The notes: generated by a model not told the origin, from the letters alone. Positions 1 to 9,608 are shown, counted from the first letter of the stretch. The stretch: 64,000 nucleotides of DNA from an uncultured Gammaproteobacteria bacterium (GCA_963766595.1 CAVYAZ010000002.1:112924-176923); one strand, 5' to 3'. Numbers and translations are program-made.

Positions 1-165
1 ACCTCCTGATCGGACTGACTCGGTATTGAAAAAGCGCAGGGTCAGATCGATCAGGAGGTGGGGCGCACCGGCTTCCCGTTTCACCTCAACTCATGGACGT
101 CGTGGCGTCGTCGAGTGCTTGCGACGGCGTCGGCGAATCCATGAAGTGCGGCACCTGCGACGCTG
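1..165 (-). ncRNA. Cobalamin (B12) riboswitch, 5' part, truncated by the window edge
   Basis: Minus strand reads ...CAGGTGCCGC-ACTTCATGGA...TCCATGAGT-TGAGGTGAAACGGGAAGCCGGTG..., i.e. the AGGT / GGGAA / CCGGTG hallmarks with an extended P2 stem. A long hairpin follows (1-19 pairs with 41-59). TAGACT (-10-like) lies just upstream at 168-173. The 3' core (GCCCCCGCAAC) would fall beyond position 1. Confidence 0.72.
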
Positions 166-208
166 CGCAGTCTAGGGACGCCCGCCGGGTCACGCAAGTG
201 CGTGACGA

Positions 209-397
209 TCAATCGCTGTCGGTGCCCGTCGACACATCGATCAGCTCGCCGTCGTCACCGACGCGCAGCGCGATCTCGATCGGCCGGCAGCACACCGCGC
301 AGTCCTCGATATAACGCTGTGATCCAGCGGACACGTCTGCGATGGTTTCGTAGCTTTCGCCGCAGTAGGGGCAATGAATCGTGATCGTTTCAGTCAT
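209..397 (-). CDS. CPXCG-motif small cysteine-rich (Zn-ribbon-like) protein, 62 aa
   Basis: MTETITIHCPYCGE...IEDCAVCCRPI; the ATG at 397 overlaps the end of hemW. Confidence 0.85.
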   Translation of the reverse strand: MTETITIHCPYCGESYETIADVSAGSQRYIEDCAVCCRPIEIALRVGDDGELIDVSTGTDSD

Positions 398-1674
398 GTG
401 GCGGGCCTCCGCGCGGTGTTGCCGGTTTCGTGTCCGGAAGAAATGCGCCAATCACGTCGTTGAGAAAACGCCGGCCGAATTCGGTAGCGCGCACCCGATC
501 GCCGTCCAGCGCCAGCCAGTCGTTTGCGATCGCCGCGTCGAGCGCGGGCCGGATTGCGCTGGCGTCCAGGCCCGTGCGTCGCGGAAAACTGCGTCAACGA
601 AAATCCGGCATTCAGGCGCAATGCGTTCAGCATGAATTCGAAGGGCAGTTGCTCGATCGGCACGATGTCGTCGCCGCCGATGCGGCGTTCGGTTGCGGCG
701 TGTTCAAGATAGCCGCGCGGCGCGCGCACCTTCCAGCGTCGTCGAATCTGGAATTCGGCAGCCGGTAGCCGGGAGCCGGTAGCAGGAAGAGTCGGGTTGC
801 CCGCTCGCTTTTCCGCTCTCCGTTCTCCCGGCTACCCTGCTCCCGTGCTCAGTTTCCCATGCGCCCCCGCGCCGATCCCGAGATAGTCGCCGAACTGCCA
901 GTAATTGAGGTTGTGCCGACACTCGCGGCCGGGGCGCGCGTACGCCGAAACCTCGTATTGCGCCAATCCCGCCGCGGCGATGCGCGCCTGACAGGCCTCC
1001 TGCATGTCCCACGCGCTGTCGTCGTCCGGCAGCGGCGGCGGGTTCGCCGCGAATGCGGTGTTAGGCTCCAGGGTCAGCTGGTAGTGCGACAGATGCGGCG
1101 TTTGCAGCAAAATAGCTTTTTCCACATCGTCGAGCGCGCCAGCCATGGTTTGTTGCGGCAGCGCGTACATGAGGTCGAGGTTGAGGTTGTCGATGCCGGC
1201 ATCCTGCGCCTGCTTGACCGCGCGCTCGGCCTGCGCGGCGTCGTGGATGCGTCCGATGCGCCGCAGCGCGTCGTCATTGAAACTCTGCACGCCAAAACTG
1301 ATGCGGTTGACGCCGGCGCGCGCATAGCCTGCGAAGGGTCCGTGCTCGACCGTGCCCGGATTCGTCTCGAGCGTGATCTCGATTCCCCGCGGCACTTCGA
1401 GACGGGCAGCCACGCCATCGAGAATCCGCGCGATGCTGTCGGGCGTGAACAGGCTCGGCGTGCCGCCGCCGAAAAAGATGCTCGCCAGCGCCCGTCCCTG
1501 CGCGAGCGGCAAATCCTGATCGAGGTCGCGCAGGAGCGCGTCGATGTATTCGGATTGCGGCAGCGCACTGGGCGCGTTGTGCGAATTGAAATCGCAGTAA
1601 GGACACTTGCGCACGCACCACGGGATGTGGATGTAAAGCGACAGCGGCGGGAGCGTTGCATGACTTGGAGACAT
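390..1674 (-). CDS. hemW: Radical SAM heme chaperone HemW, interrupted in this sequence by an in-frame TAG inside a palindromic insert (832-834) and a 1-nt frameshift near 575
   Basis: LYIHIPWCVRKCPYCDFNS (CxxxCxxC), FFGGGTPS, YLGIGAGAHG. The C-terminal part (RRWK..PRGY..PFEFMLNALRL) resumes in the same frame after the insert; removing one base near 575 restores SARTGLD...FGRRFLNDVI and a stop at 390. Confidence 0.85.
752..845. repeat. Heptamer-armed palindromic element inserted in hemW
   Basis: GGTAGCCGGGAG (764-775) pairs perfectly with CTCCCGGCTACC (825-836); built from GGTAGCC/GGGAGCC-type units. Confidence 0.8.
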
Positions 1675-1684
1675 CGACGTTCGG

Positions 1685-2278
1685 CTAGAATCCGGCCGCC
1701 AGGAGTTCGCGCATGCGTGCCAGCGCCTGGCCACGATGGCTGACGCGGTGCTTGACTGTCGCTTCGAGTTCCGCCGCACCCGCGCCGAGTACCGGATCGT
1801 AGAAAACCGGATCGTAGCCGAACCCGCCGCTGCCACGTGGCGAGTCGAGGATGCGTCCGTGCCAGCGGCCTTCGGCGATCAGCGGTGCCGGATCGTCGGC
1901 ACTGCGCAGCACCACGATCACGCAGTAGAAGTTCGCCGTGCGCCGCGCCTCGGGGAGGCCGCGCAAGGCATCGAGCAGCTTGGCGATATTGCCCAGCGCG
2001 TCGCCATGCGTGCCGGAGTAGCGTGCGGAATACAAACCCGGCGCACCGCCGAGTTCATCGACGCAAATTCCGGAATCGTCGCCCAGGGCGGGCAAGCCAC
2101 TCGCACGCGCCGCATGGCGTGCTTTCAGCAGCGCGTTCTCGACGAACGTGCTCGCGGTCTCATCGGCGTCGCTTACGCCGAGGTCCCCCTGCGCAATCAG
2201 TTGGACGTCGAGGCCGGCGAGGATCTCGCGCATTTCGACGAGCTTGCCGTGGTTGCTGCTGGCGAGTACGAGGCGCAT
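1685..2278 (-). CDS. rdgB: RdgB/HAM1 non-canonical purine NTP pyrophosphatase
   Basis: LASSNHGK, ETASTFVENALLKA, DDSG, GFGYDP, SHRG motifs. Confidence 0.96.
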   Translation of the reverse strand: MRLVLASSNHGKLVEMREILAGLDVQLIAQGDLGVSDADETASTFVENALLKARHAARASGLPALGDDSGICVDELGGAPGLYSARYSGTHGDALGNIAKLLDALRGLPEARRTANFYCVIVVLRSADDPAPLIAEGRWHGRILDSPRGSGGFGYDPVFYDPVLGAGAAELEATVKHRVSHRGQALARMRELLAAGF

Positions 2279-2280
2279 GT

Positions 2281-2374
2281 AGGGATTAGGGACTAGGGAC
2301 CAGGAGCCAGGGAGAGCGCGGCGTGCCTGGCGTTTCCCTCCCGACTCCTAACCACCTCACTCCTCACGCCCCTA
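2281..2374. repeat. Heptamer tandem-repeat element (AGGGACT/AGGGACC type with inverted C-rich arm)
   Basis: agggattagggactagggaccaggagccaggg ... actcctaaccacctcactcctcacgccccta, between rph and rdgB. Confidence 0.65.
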
Positions 2375-3092
2375 ATGCTTCGCGCTGCATCGCCAAAAGT
2401 TCATTTATCCCTTTTTGCGCAAGTTCCAGCAGCGCGTCGAGTTCGCCGCGGCGGAAGGCGTGGCCTTCGGCCGTGCCCTGCAGCTCAATGAAACCGCCGC
2501 CGTCGTTCATGACGACGTTCATGTCGGTGTCGCAATTGGCGTCTTCGGCGTAATCGAGATCGAGGACCGGTTGGCCGCGAAACACGCCGACCGACACGGC
2601 GGCGACAGCGCCGAGAATCGGATCCTTCTTGACCGCGCCGCGGCGGCGCAGGGTTCCGACGGCGTCGACCAGCGCGATGTACGCGCCGGTGATCGCCGTA
2701 GTGCGCGTGCCGCCGTCGGCCTGCAGAACGTCGCAATCGAGCGTGATCGTGCGCTCGCCGAGCGCCGAACGGTCGACGCAAGCGCGCAAGGATCGGCCGA
2801 TCAGACGCTGGATTTCCATCGTGCGCCCACCCTGGCCGCCACGCGCGGCTTCGCGCTGCGTACGGTCCTTGGTGGCGCGCGGAAGCATGCCGTATTCGGC
2901 TGTGACCCAGCCTTCGCCCTTGCCGCGCAGGAACGGCGGCACCTTCTCTTCGACGCTGGCCGTGCACAGCACGCGCGTGTCGCCGCAGGCTATGAGTACC
3001 GAACCTTCGGCATGGCGCGTGTAGTTGCGTTCGATGCCGATGATGCGCAGTTCATCGTGCGCGCGGCCGCTGGGGCGAGGGGAAATGGTCAT
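2364..3092 (-). CDS. rph: Ribonuclease PH
   Basis: [43 protein letters not shown]; start set at [10 protein letters not shown] because the ORF extension upstream runs through a repeat. Confidence 0.97.
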   Translation of the reverse strand: MTISPRPSGRAHDELRIIGIERNYTRHAEGSVLIACGDTRVLCTASVEEKVPPFLRGKGEGWVTAEYGMLPRATKDRTQREAARGGQGGRTMEIQRLIGRSLRACVDRSALGERTITLDCDVLQADGGTRTTAITGAYIALVDAVGTLRRRGAVKKDPILGAVAAVSVGVFRGQPVLDLDYAEDANCDTDMNVVMNDGGGFIELQGTAEGHAFRRGELDALLELAQKGINELLAMQREALGA

Positions 3093-3128
3093 TGGGGAAT
3101 TCGTGGACCTGGGTGCGCAGTTTAACAG

Positions 3129-3260
3129 CAGGGCTGAAGGCTGAGGGCTGAGGGCTAAAGAGCGGTGCAACAGCCCGAGGACGGTGCCGCCCTCGTCGAC
3201 ACGATGTTCAACCGCGCGTACGGGCTACGACACGCCGCATCTCTCAGCCCTCAGCCCTCG
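3129..3260. repeat. Inverted heptamer arms (GGGCTGA)n / (TCAGCCC)n bracketing the rph-yicC divergent promoter region
   Basis: cagggctgaaggctgagggctgagggct at 3129-3156 and ctcagccctcagccct at 3243-3258. Confidence 0.75.
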
Positions 3261-3310
3261 CCCCCGCGCATGGCATACTGCGCACCCACAACGATGAGCG
3301 CTCGTCACCC

Positions 3311-4175
3311 ATGATCCGCAGCATGACCGCGTTCGCAAGCGCGGAAACGGAAACCCGCTGGGGCGCGCTCGCTTTCGAGTTGCGCTCGGTCAATCATCGT
3401 TACCTCGAACTCAATCCGCGCCTGCCCGAAGAATTGCGGGCGATCGAGCCGGCGCTGCGCGAGCGCGTAGCGGCGAAGCTCACGCGCGGCAAGGTCGATG
3501 TCAATCTGCGGTTCCGTCCCGCCGACGCCGGTGCGAGCGAAATCCGCATCAACGACGCGTTGCTCGACCAACTCGAGCGCTCGGCTGTCATCGTCGGCGA
3601 GCGATTCCCGAAGCTGTCGGTGGACTTTACCGGTCTGCTCTCCTGGCCCGGGCTGTTGCTGCGCGAGGAAGTCGATCAGGAAGGTTTGCGCCAGGCTGCG
3701 CTCGATCTGCTCGACCGAGCTCTCGACGACATGCTGGCCACGCGTCAGCGCGAAGGCGAGCGGCTCGGCGCGTTCCTGCGCGAGCGGCTCGACGCCGTCG
3801 AGCGCATCGTCGCCGACGTGCGCACGTGGCTGCCGGATATCCGCGGCGTCCTGCGCGCGCGTCTCGTCGCGCGCCTGGCCGAAGTTGCGCAGGCAGCCGA
3901 CCCGGGGCGGCTCGAACAGGAACTCGTGCTTGCAACTGTCGCGCATGGACGTAGACGAGGAACTCGATCGCCTGTCGGCGCACATCGCCGAGGCGCGGCG
4001 CGTGCTGGCGCTGCCTGACGCCGTCGGCCGGCGCATGGATTTCCTCATGCAGGAATTCAATCGCGAGGCGAACACGCTCGGTTCGAAGTCCGTCGACCAG
4101 CGCACGACCCAGGCAGCGGTCGAACTGAAAGTGCTGATCGAGCAGGTGCGCGAGCAGGTGCAGAACATCGAGTGA
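3311..4175 (+). CDS. yicC: YicC/YloC family endoribonuclease; 1-nt frameshift near 3930
   Basis: MIRSMTAFA...ELRSVNHRYLE N-terminus, and DVDEELDRL...GRRMDFLMQEFNREANTLGSKS C-terminus in another frame; removing one T gives 287 aa. Confidence 0.92.
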
Positions 4176-4333
4176 TGGCGCAACCGGGGGAGAGCAGGGC
4201 CGGCCAGCCGCACCGTGCGCGTAGTCCGACAGCGCAGATTTCTGTTTGCGCGGCGTTGCGCGGCGCTGGTACGGCCCCGGAACATAGCTGATCGTCAGCG
4301 CCGTCCCGGTCAGCTTTCGCCCGCCGCAGTCCG

Positions 4334-4339
4334 TATAAT
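4334..4339 (+). promoter_or_regulatory. sigma70 -10 box positioned for a leaderless gmk transcript
   Basis: Perfect TATAAT ends 6 nt before the gmk ATG (4346); no Shine-Dalgarno is visible. Confidence 0.55.
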
Positions 4340-4345
4340 TCGCCG

Positions 4346-4960
4346 ATGCCGGGAACCCTGTATATCGTCGCCGCACCTTCGGGTGCCGGAAAAACCAGTC
4401 TGACCAAGGCGCTGCTCGAGCAGGAGCCGGGCATCGCGCTGTCGGTGTCGTACACGTCGCGCCTGCCGCGGCCGAACGAGGTCGACGGGGTTCACTACCA
4501 TTTCGTCTCGCGCGGCGTTTTCGAGGAGATGATCCGGCGCGGCGAGTTTTTCGAGCATGCCGTCGTGCACGGCGATCTGAAGGGCACGTCGCGCGTGGCG
4601 GTCGAACGCACGCTGGCTCAGGGGCGCGACGTTCTGCTGGAGATCGACTGGCAAGGCGCGCGCCAGGTGCGCGCGCAGATGGCCGACACGGTCAGCATCT
4701 TCATCCTGCCGCCGTCGCGCGCCGAGCTCGAGCGCCGCCTGCGCGCGCGCGCCTCGGACAGCGAGGAGGTCATCCGCCGCCGCCTGACCGATTCGCGCGC
4801 CGACATCGCGCATGCAGGAGAATTCGACTACCTGCTCGTCAACGACGATTTCGCCACTGCGCTCAAGGAACTGCAGGCGATCGTGATAAGCCGCCAGTTG
4901 CTCAGCGCCTCGCAGCATGCGCGTTACGCGGCACTACTGGCCGACTTGCTCAGCGAATGA
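4346..4960 (+). CDS. gmk: Guanylate kinase
   Basis: APSGAGKTSL P-loop, SYTSRLPRPNEVDGVHYHFV, LEIDWQGA. Confidence 0.97.
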   Translation: MPGTLYIVAAPSGAGKTSLTKALLEQEPGIALSVSYTSRLPRPNEVDGVHYHFVSRGVFEEMIRRGEFFEHAVVHGDLKGTSRVAVERTLAQGRDVLLEIDWQGARQVRAQMADTVSIFILPPSRAELERRLRARASDSEEVIRRRLTDSRADIAHAGEFDYLLVNDDFATALKELQAIVISRQLLSASQHARYAALLADLLSE

Positions 4961-5116
4961 AACGCCGGTCCGGCCTCGGTCGTGATCCGCGCTCGTTGCA
5001 AATCCGATCTGACGCTTCCCTTAACGTCCAGCGCGCTACGCTTCCGCGTCGCCTTGCCCATAAGGTAAGGTAGCGCGGCTTTGGCGTCGTCGACGCCTCC
5101 CTACCGTAACGTGACC

Positions 5117-6058
5117 ATGAGCGTGACTGCAGCCCCGACCGACGCCGACAGTCTGGTCCGCATCCGCGGCCTGCGCACGGTGCTCAACGGCAAGACCATC
5201 TTCGACGGCGTCGATCTGGATATCCCGCGCGGCGGCATCACCGCGATCATGGGACCGAGCGGCACCGGCAAGACGACGCTGATGCGCCACATCACCGGAC
5301 AGCTTGCCCCGGACGCCGGCTCGATCAGCGTCGATGGGCTTGAGGTCGGGAGCATCGATCGCGACGCATTGTTCGGCCTGCGCGAGAAAATCGGCTACCT
5401 GTTCCAGAATTCGGCGCTGCTGACCGATTATTCGGTATTCGAAAACGTCGCGTTTCCGCTGCGCCAGCACCTGAGGCTGCCCGAAGAAATCGTGCGCAAC
5501 ATCGTGCTGACCAAGCTGCAGGCGGTCGGCCTGCGCGGCGCCGCCGAGTTGATGCCGAGCGAACTGTCGGGCGGCATGGTGCGACGCGTGGCGCTGGCGC
5601 GCGCGATCGTGCGTGATCCGATGATGATCATCTACGACGAACCATTCGTCGGCCTCGACCCGATCGCGCTGAACCAGATCCTGAAGCTGATCCGCACGTT
5701 GAACCAGACGCTCGGCATTACCAGCATCCTGGTCGCGCACGAACTGGCGGCCGTGCGCCTCGTGGCGGACCACATCTATCTGATCGCCGGCGGCAAGATC
5801 GTCGCGCACGGAGTGCCGGACGAACTGGCGCGCGGCGAAACACCTTGGACGCGGCAGTTCTTCAGCGGCGAGGCCGACGGACCGGTGCCGTTCCACTATC
5901 CGGCGCCGGATTACGCGACGCAGCTCGGCCTCGACGGAGGCGGCCGCGATGCGGCCACCCTCACCCCACCGCTCGATCCTCGGGCGGTCGCCCCCGCTCC
6001 CGCGTTGCGGGCGAGGGACGAAGGTGTCGCTGCGCGACATCCGGAGCCCAAGCCATGA
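5117..6058 (+). CDS. mlaF: MlaF/Ttg2A ABC transporter ATPase with a REP-derived C-terminal extension
   Basis: GPSGTGKT, LSGGM, YDEPFVGLDP, QFFSGEADGPVPFHYPA. Confidence 0.93.
   Translation: MSVTAAPTDADSLVRIRGLRTVLNGKTIFDGVDLDIPRGGITAIMGPSGTGKTTLMRHITGQLAPDAGSISVDGLEVGSIDRDALFGLREKIGYLFQNSALLTDYSVFENVAFPLRQHLRLPEEIVRNIVLTKLQAVGLRGAAELMPSELSGGMVRRVALARAIVRDPMMIIYDEPFVGLDPIALNQILKLIRTLNQTLGITSILVAHELAAVRLVADHIYLIAGGKIVAHGVPDELARGETPWTRQFFSGEADGPVPFHYPAPDYATQLGLDGGGRDAATLTPPLDPRAVAPAPALRARDEGVAARHPEPKP
5958..6017. repeat. REP-like palindrome (CCCTCACCCC...CTCCCGCGTTGCGGGCGAGGG) read in frame in the mlaF tail
   Basis: Resembles the intergenic CCCTCTCCC/GGGAGAGGG family at 6850 and 54009. Confidence 0.55.
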
Positions 6059-6825
6059 GTGCGATCCGCACGGCATGGTCGCCCGTGCGCAACGGCCTGG
6101 CGCAGATCGGGGCCTGCGGGATCTTCCTGTTCCGCATCCTGCGCGCAATTCCTCTGAGCTTGCGCTACCTGCGCGAAACCGTACGCCAGATATTTTTTGT
6201 CGGAGCGATGAGCCTGGTCATCATCATGACCTGCGGACTTTTCGTCGGCATGGTGCTCGGATTGCAGCTGTATCACACGCTCTCGATTTTCGGCGGCACT
6301 GCCGCGCTCGGCACGGTCGTTGCGCTGTCGCTGTATCGCGAGCTCGGTCCGGTCGTGACCGCGCTGCTGTTCGCCGGCCGGGCCGGAACGTCGATCACCG
6401 CCGAAATCGGCCTGATGCGCGCGACCGACCAGCTCGATGCGATGGAAATGATGGCGGTCGATCCGCTGGCCTTCGTCGTGGCGCCGCGCTTCCTTGCCGG
6501 CGTCGTCGCGATGCCGATCCTGGCGTGCGTGTTCAATGGCCTCGGCATCCTCGGCGCGCACCTCGTCGGCGTCAGCTGGCTCGGCCTGGACAACGGCACG
6601 TTCTGGTCGAACATGACGGCCAACGTCGATGTCTGGGACGATGTCGTCAACGGCGTCTGGAAGAGCACGGCTTTCGGTGCTGTAGTGACGCTGATCGCGA
6701 CGTTTCAGGGCTACACGACGGCGCCGACCAGCGAAGGCGTGGCCTACGCGACGACACGCACCGTGGTGTTTTCCTCGATCGCCACGCTGATGATCGACTT
6801 CGTCATGACGGCGTTTTTGATGTAG
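6055..6825 (+). CDS. mlaE: MlaE lipid-asymmetry ABC permease
   Basis: RELGPVVTALLFAGRAGTSITAEIGLMRATDQLDAMEMMAVDP; ATGA overlap with mlaF. Confidence 0.95.
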   Translation: MSAIRTAWSPVRNGLAQIGACGIFLFRILRAIPLSLRYLRETVRQIFFVGAMSLVIIMTCGLFVGMVLGLQLYHTLSIFGGTAALGTVVALSLYRELGPVVTALLFAGRAGTSITAEIGLMRATDQLDAMEMMAVDPLAFVVAPRFLAGVVAMPILACVFNGLGILGAHLVGVSWLGLDNGTFWSNMTANVDVWDDVVNGVWKSTAFGAVVTLIATFQGYTTAPTSEGVAYATTRTVVFSSIATLMIDFVMTAFLM

Positions 6826-6849
6826 CGCGTAGACGTAACGCGGGCTGCT

Positions 6850-6967
6850 TGAACCCCTCTCCCTCCGGGAGAGGGGTAGGGGTGAGGGTCGGGTCTGGTA
6901 TCGACGTCGATGAATGCCCTGACCCTCATCCGGCGCTTCGCGCCACCTTCTCCCGATGGGAGAAGGG
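6850..6967. repeat. REP doublet (CCCCTCTCCC-tcc-GGGAGAGGGG ... CCTTCTCCC-gat-GGGAGAAGG)
   Basis: Two oppositely oriented palindromes between mlaE and mlaD. Confidence 0.8.
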
Positions 6968-6992
6968 AAGATGCTTTTAAGGAGTAAGTCAG

Positions 6993-7505
6993 ATGGCACA
7001 ACGACAATCATTCCAGATCGGCACCGGCCTGTTCATCCTGCTCGGCTTCGCCGCGCTCGCGTACCTGGCGACGCAGACGACCTCGCTGGCGAACTATTCG
7101 CAGGGCGACAGCTATTCGATCAAGGCGCGTTTCACGAACATCGGGCAGCTCAAGCTTCGCGCTCCGGTCAAGGTCGCCGGGGTGCGCGTCGGCAGCGTGG
7201 CCGACATCAAGCTCGAGCCGGACAAGCTCGATGCGCTGGTCACGCTGTCGCTCGACAAGCGCTACGACAAGATTCCCGACGACTCGGCCGCCGCCGTGTT
7301 CACGAGCGGTTTATTGGGCGACCAGTACGTTGCCATCCAGCCGGGTGGTTCGCCTGACATGTTCAAGAACGGCGATGAGGTCGTGCTGACGCAAAGCTCG
7401 ATGCAGCTCGAGGAGCTCATCGGCAAGTATCTGGTCGGTGGCGATGCCGGCAAGGGCGGCGACAAGGCCGGCGAAAAGCCGGCCGCAAAGCCCGAAAACA
7501 AGTAG
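6993..7505 (+). CDS. mlaD: MlaD (MCE-domain) protein
   Basis: N-terminal TM, ARFTNIGQLKLRAPVKVAGVRVG, TSGLLGDQYV. Confidence 0.95.
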   Translation: MAQRQSFQIGTGLFILLGFAALAYLATQTTSLANYSQGDSYSIKARFTNIGQLKLRAPVKVAGVRVGSVADIKLEPDKLDALVTLSLDKRYDKIPDDSAAAVFTSGLLGDQYVAIQPGGSPDMFKNGDEVVLTQSSMQLEELIGKYLVGGDAGKGGDKAGEKPAAKPENK

Positions 7506-7539
7506 GTTCGCTGCCAAAACACCAACAAGGATCGAATCC

Positions 7540-8175
7540 ATGCGCTTCGTATTTTCAGTGCTTTGCCTTCTCCTGATCACCGCAGCGCCGTTGCGGGCGG
7601 AAAACCTGCAGCCGAACCAGGTCGTCCAGAATCTCGTCGACGACCTCGCCAAGACGATGGAAACGCGTCGCGACGAGTTGCAGAAAAACCGCGAAGCGTT
7701 GCTCAAGACGATCGACGGCATCGTGCTGCCGCATTTCGACATCGACTATGCGTCGATCCTCGTGCTCGGCCCGAACGCACGCACCGCGACCCCCGAGCAG
7801 CGCGCGCGTTTCGCCAAGGCGATGTACAACTCGATCACGCACCGTTACGCCGAAGGCCTGCTCAAATACACGGAAGGGCGGGTGCGGGTATTGCCCTTCC
7901 AGGGTGAACTGAACGAGAAGCGAACGCTCGTGCGCACGCAGGTCGTGCTCGACGACGGCAAGGTCGTGCCGGTCGATTATGCGTTCCGCAAGACCTCTAC
8001 CGGCGACTGGAAGGCTTACGACGTCATCATCGAGGGCATTTCCTACGTGACCAATTATCGCAATCAGGTTGCCGCGGAAATCGCCAAATCCAACCTCGAT
8101 GCGTTGACGACGCGCCTGGAAACCCAGGGCGCCAAGGCGCTGGAAACCCTCGAGCAGAACGACAAGAAGCAGTGA
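7540..8175 (+). CDS. mlaC: MlaC/Ttg2D periplasmic phospholipid-binding protein
   Basis: Signal peptide, WKAYDVIIEGISYVTNYRNQ motif. Confidence 0.93.
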   Translation: MRFVFSVLCLLLITAAPLRAENLQPNQVVQNLVDDLAKTMETRRDELQKNREALLKTIDGIVLPHFDIDYASILVLGPNARTATPEQRARFAKAMYNSITHRYAEGLLKYTEGRVRVLPFQGELNEKRTLVRTQVVLDDGKVVPVDYAFRKTSTGDWKAYDVIIEGISYVTNYRNQVAAEIAKSNLDALTTRLETQGAKALETLEQNDKKQ

Positions 8176-8480
8176 CCTCCGCGCCGTATTTCAGCGTCGA
8201 ATCGGACACGCTCGGGACGTTGCGCGTGTCGGGTGCGATCACGTTTGCCAACGCGGCGCGCGCATTGACGCAGGCACCGCAGATGCCGCGCGCCGAGGGG
8301 CTTGTCAACGTCGATCTGGCCGCGCTCGAAAACGCCGACAGCGCCACGCTTGCGGTGCTGATCGCCTGGAGCGCGAGGGCGCGAATGCGTGGCGGGCGGA
8401 TGCGCTACCTGCGCGCGCCGCAAGCTCTGCTCAATCTCGCGCGGCTGTGCGAGGTGGATTCACTGCTCGGGCTGGCCTGA
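8172..8480 (+). CDS. mlaB: MlaB STAS-domain protein
   Basis: VDLAALENADSATLAVLIAW STAS pattern; operon position; GTGA overlap. Confidence 0.85.
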   Translation: MTSAPYFSVESDTLGTLRVSGAITFANAARALTQAPQMPRAEGLVNVDLAALENADSATLAVLIAWSARARMRGGRMRYLRAPQALLNLARLCEVDSLLGLA

Positions 8481-8515
8481 GCCAGGTACGCTGGCCGACC
8501 CCGCGGCAGTGTTCC

Positions 8516-9364
8516 CTAATGTGACTCTGGCTGCTTCACCGGCGGCGGCTGCTTGTCTTCGGGCTTGTGCTGCTGCTCGTACTTCTCCTGCTCCTTGAGC
8601 AACGCGTCGACGTCGACGTCCTCGACGCCCTGCAGCGACTGGATCGCTTCCATCGGTGGATTGCCGCGATAGATCTTGTACAGGCGCCGCTGGCGATAGG
8701 CATCGCGGTAGAACACGTAAGGATCGTAAACGCCTTCAAGCAGGCCTTCGGCATCGATTGCGCTCGAACGCAGCGTGATGAGGTAAACGAACGTCGGCAG
8801 GTAGTGCACATCGAGCTGGAAGCTGTGACCCGCGGAGTACCAGGACAGCGGGTCGAAAAAGTAACGATCGACCGGGAACGCAATGGCTTCGCGGACCGTG
8901 GTCGAACCGAACAGCGGCAGCACCAGATACGGACCCTCGGGAACGCCCCACCTTGCCAGCGTCACGCCCAGATCGGTCGTGCTCGCATCGATGCTCATCT
9001 CGCTGGCCGGATCGAACAGTCCAAAAATGCCGATCGTCGTGTTGATGACCAGGCGGCTGGTTGCCTTGAACGCTTCCTTCGGATTGGCCTGCAGGAGGTC
9101 GTTGGCGATCGTGATCGGCGACTCGATATTCGCGAAGAAGTTGCTGACCAGCCGTCGGGTCGTCTCGTTCGTGATCTTGCGATAGCCCACGGCAACCGGC
9201 CGTATCGCGACGCGGTCGGCAAAATCATTGAATGCGTACATCTTCCGATTGAAGTCTTCGTACGGGTCGTCCTTGCGCGGCATCGGCGTGGCGCAACCGG
9301 AGAGCAGTACGGCAATCAGGAGCAGAATCGTGTGCCGGCTGGGACGCAGAGTCAGGATCAGCAT
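8516..9364 (-). CDS. mlaA: MlaA/VacJ lipoprotein
   Basis: Lipobox LSGC, DPYEDFNRKMYAFND, GPYLVLPLFG, DPYVFYRDAY; convergent with mlaFEDCB. Confidence 0.95.
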   Translation of the reverse strand: MLILTLRPSRHTILLLIAVLLSGCATPMPRKDDPYEDFNRKMYAFNDFADRVAIRPVAVGYRKITNETTRRLVSNFFANIESPITIANDLLQANPKEAFKATSRLVINTTIGIFGLFDPASEMSIDASTTDLGVTLARWGVPEGPYLVLPLFGSTTVREAIAFPVDRYFFDPLSWYSAGHSFQLDVHYLPTFVYLITLRSSAIDAEGLLEGVYDPYVFYRDAYRQRRLYKIYRGNPPMEAIQSLQGVEDVDVDALLKEQEKYEQQHKPEDKQPPPVKQPESH

Positions 9365-9608
9365 GATTTTTTTGTTGTAGGGTTTCCTGCGGCGCCGGTT
9401 TTCGCCCGGCGGCGTCGTGGCTTGCGCCGGGCAAATGCACCACGGCGAATCTGGGTTTGAGTTAGCCTAAATCAAGTCGGCCCGTTTTTGCCGGCCCCGC
9501 CGATCGCCGTCCATGACTTGTTCAGTTTCAACCGAAGCGATCGACCGGTCGTTCGAGCCTACGATTCCTGGTGTTAAGCGCGCCGATACGTCCGTTTGGG
9601 TTCCCAGT

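Noticed and set aside
189-206. GTCACGC-AAGT-GCGTGAC hairpin as an intrinsic terminator
   Set aside because: A 7-bp stem with no U-tract on either strand; it may still be a pause or processing site.
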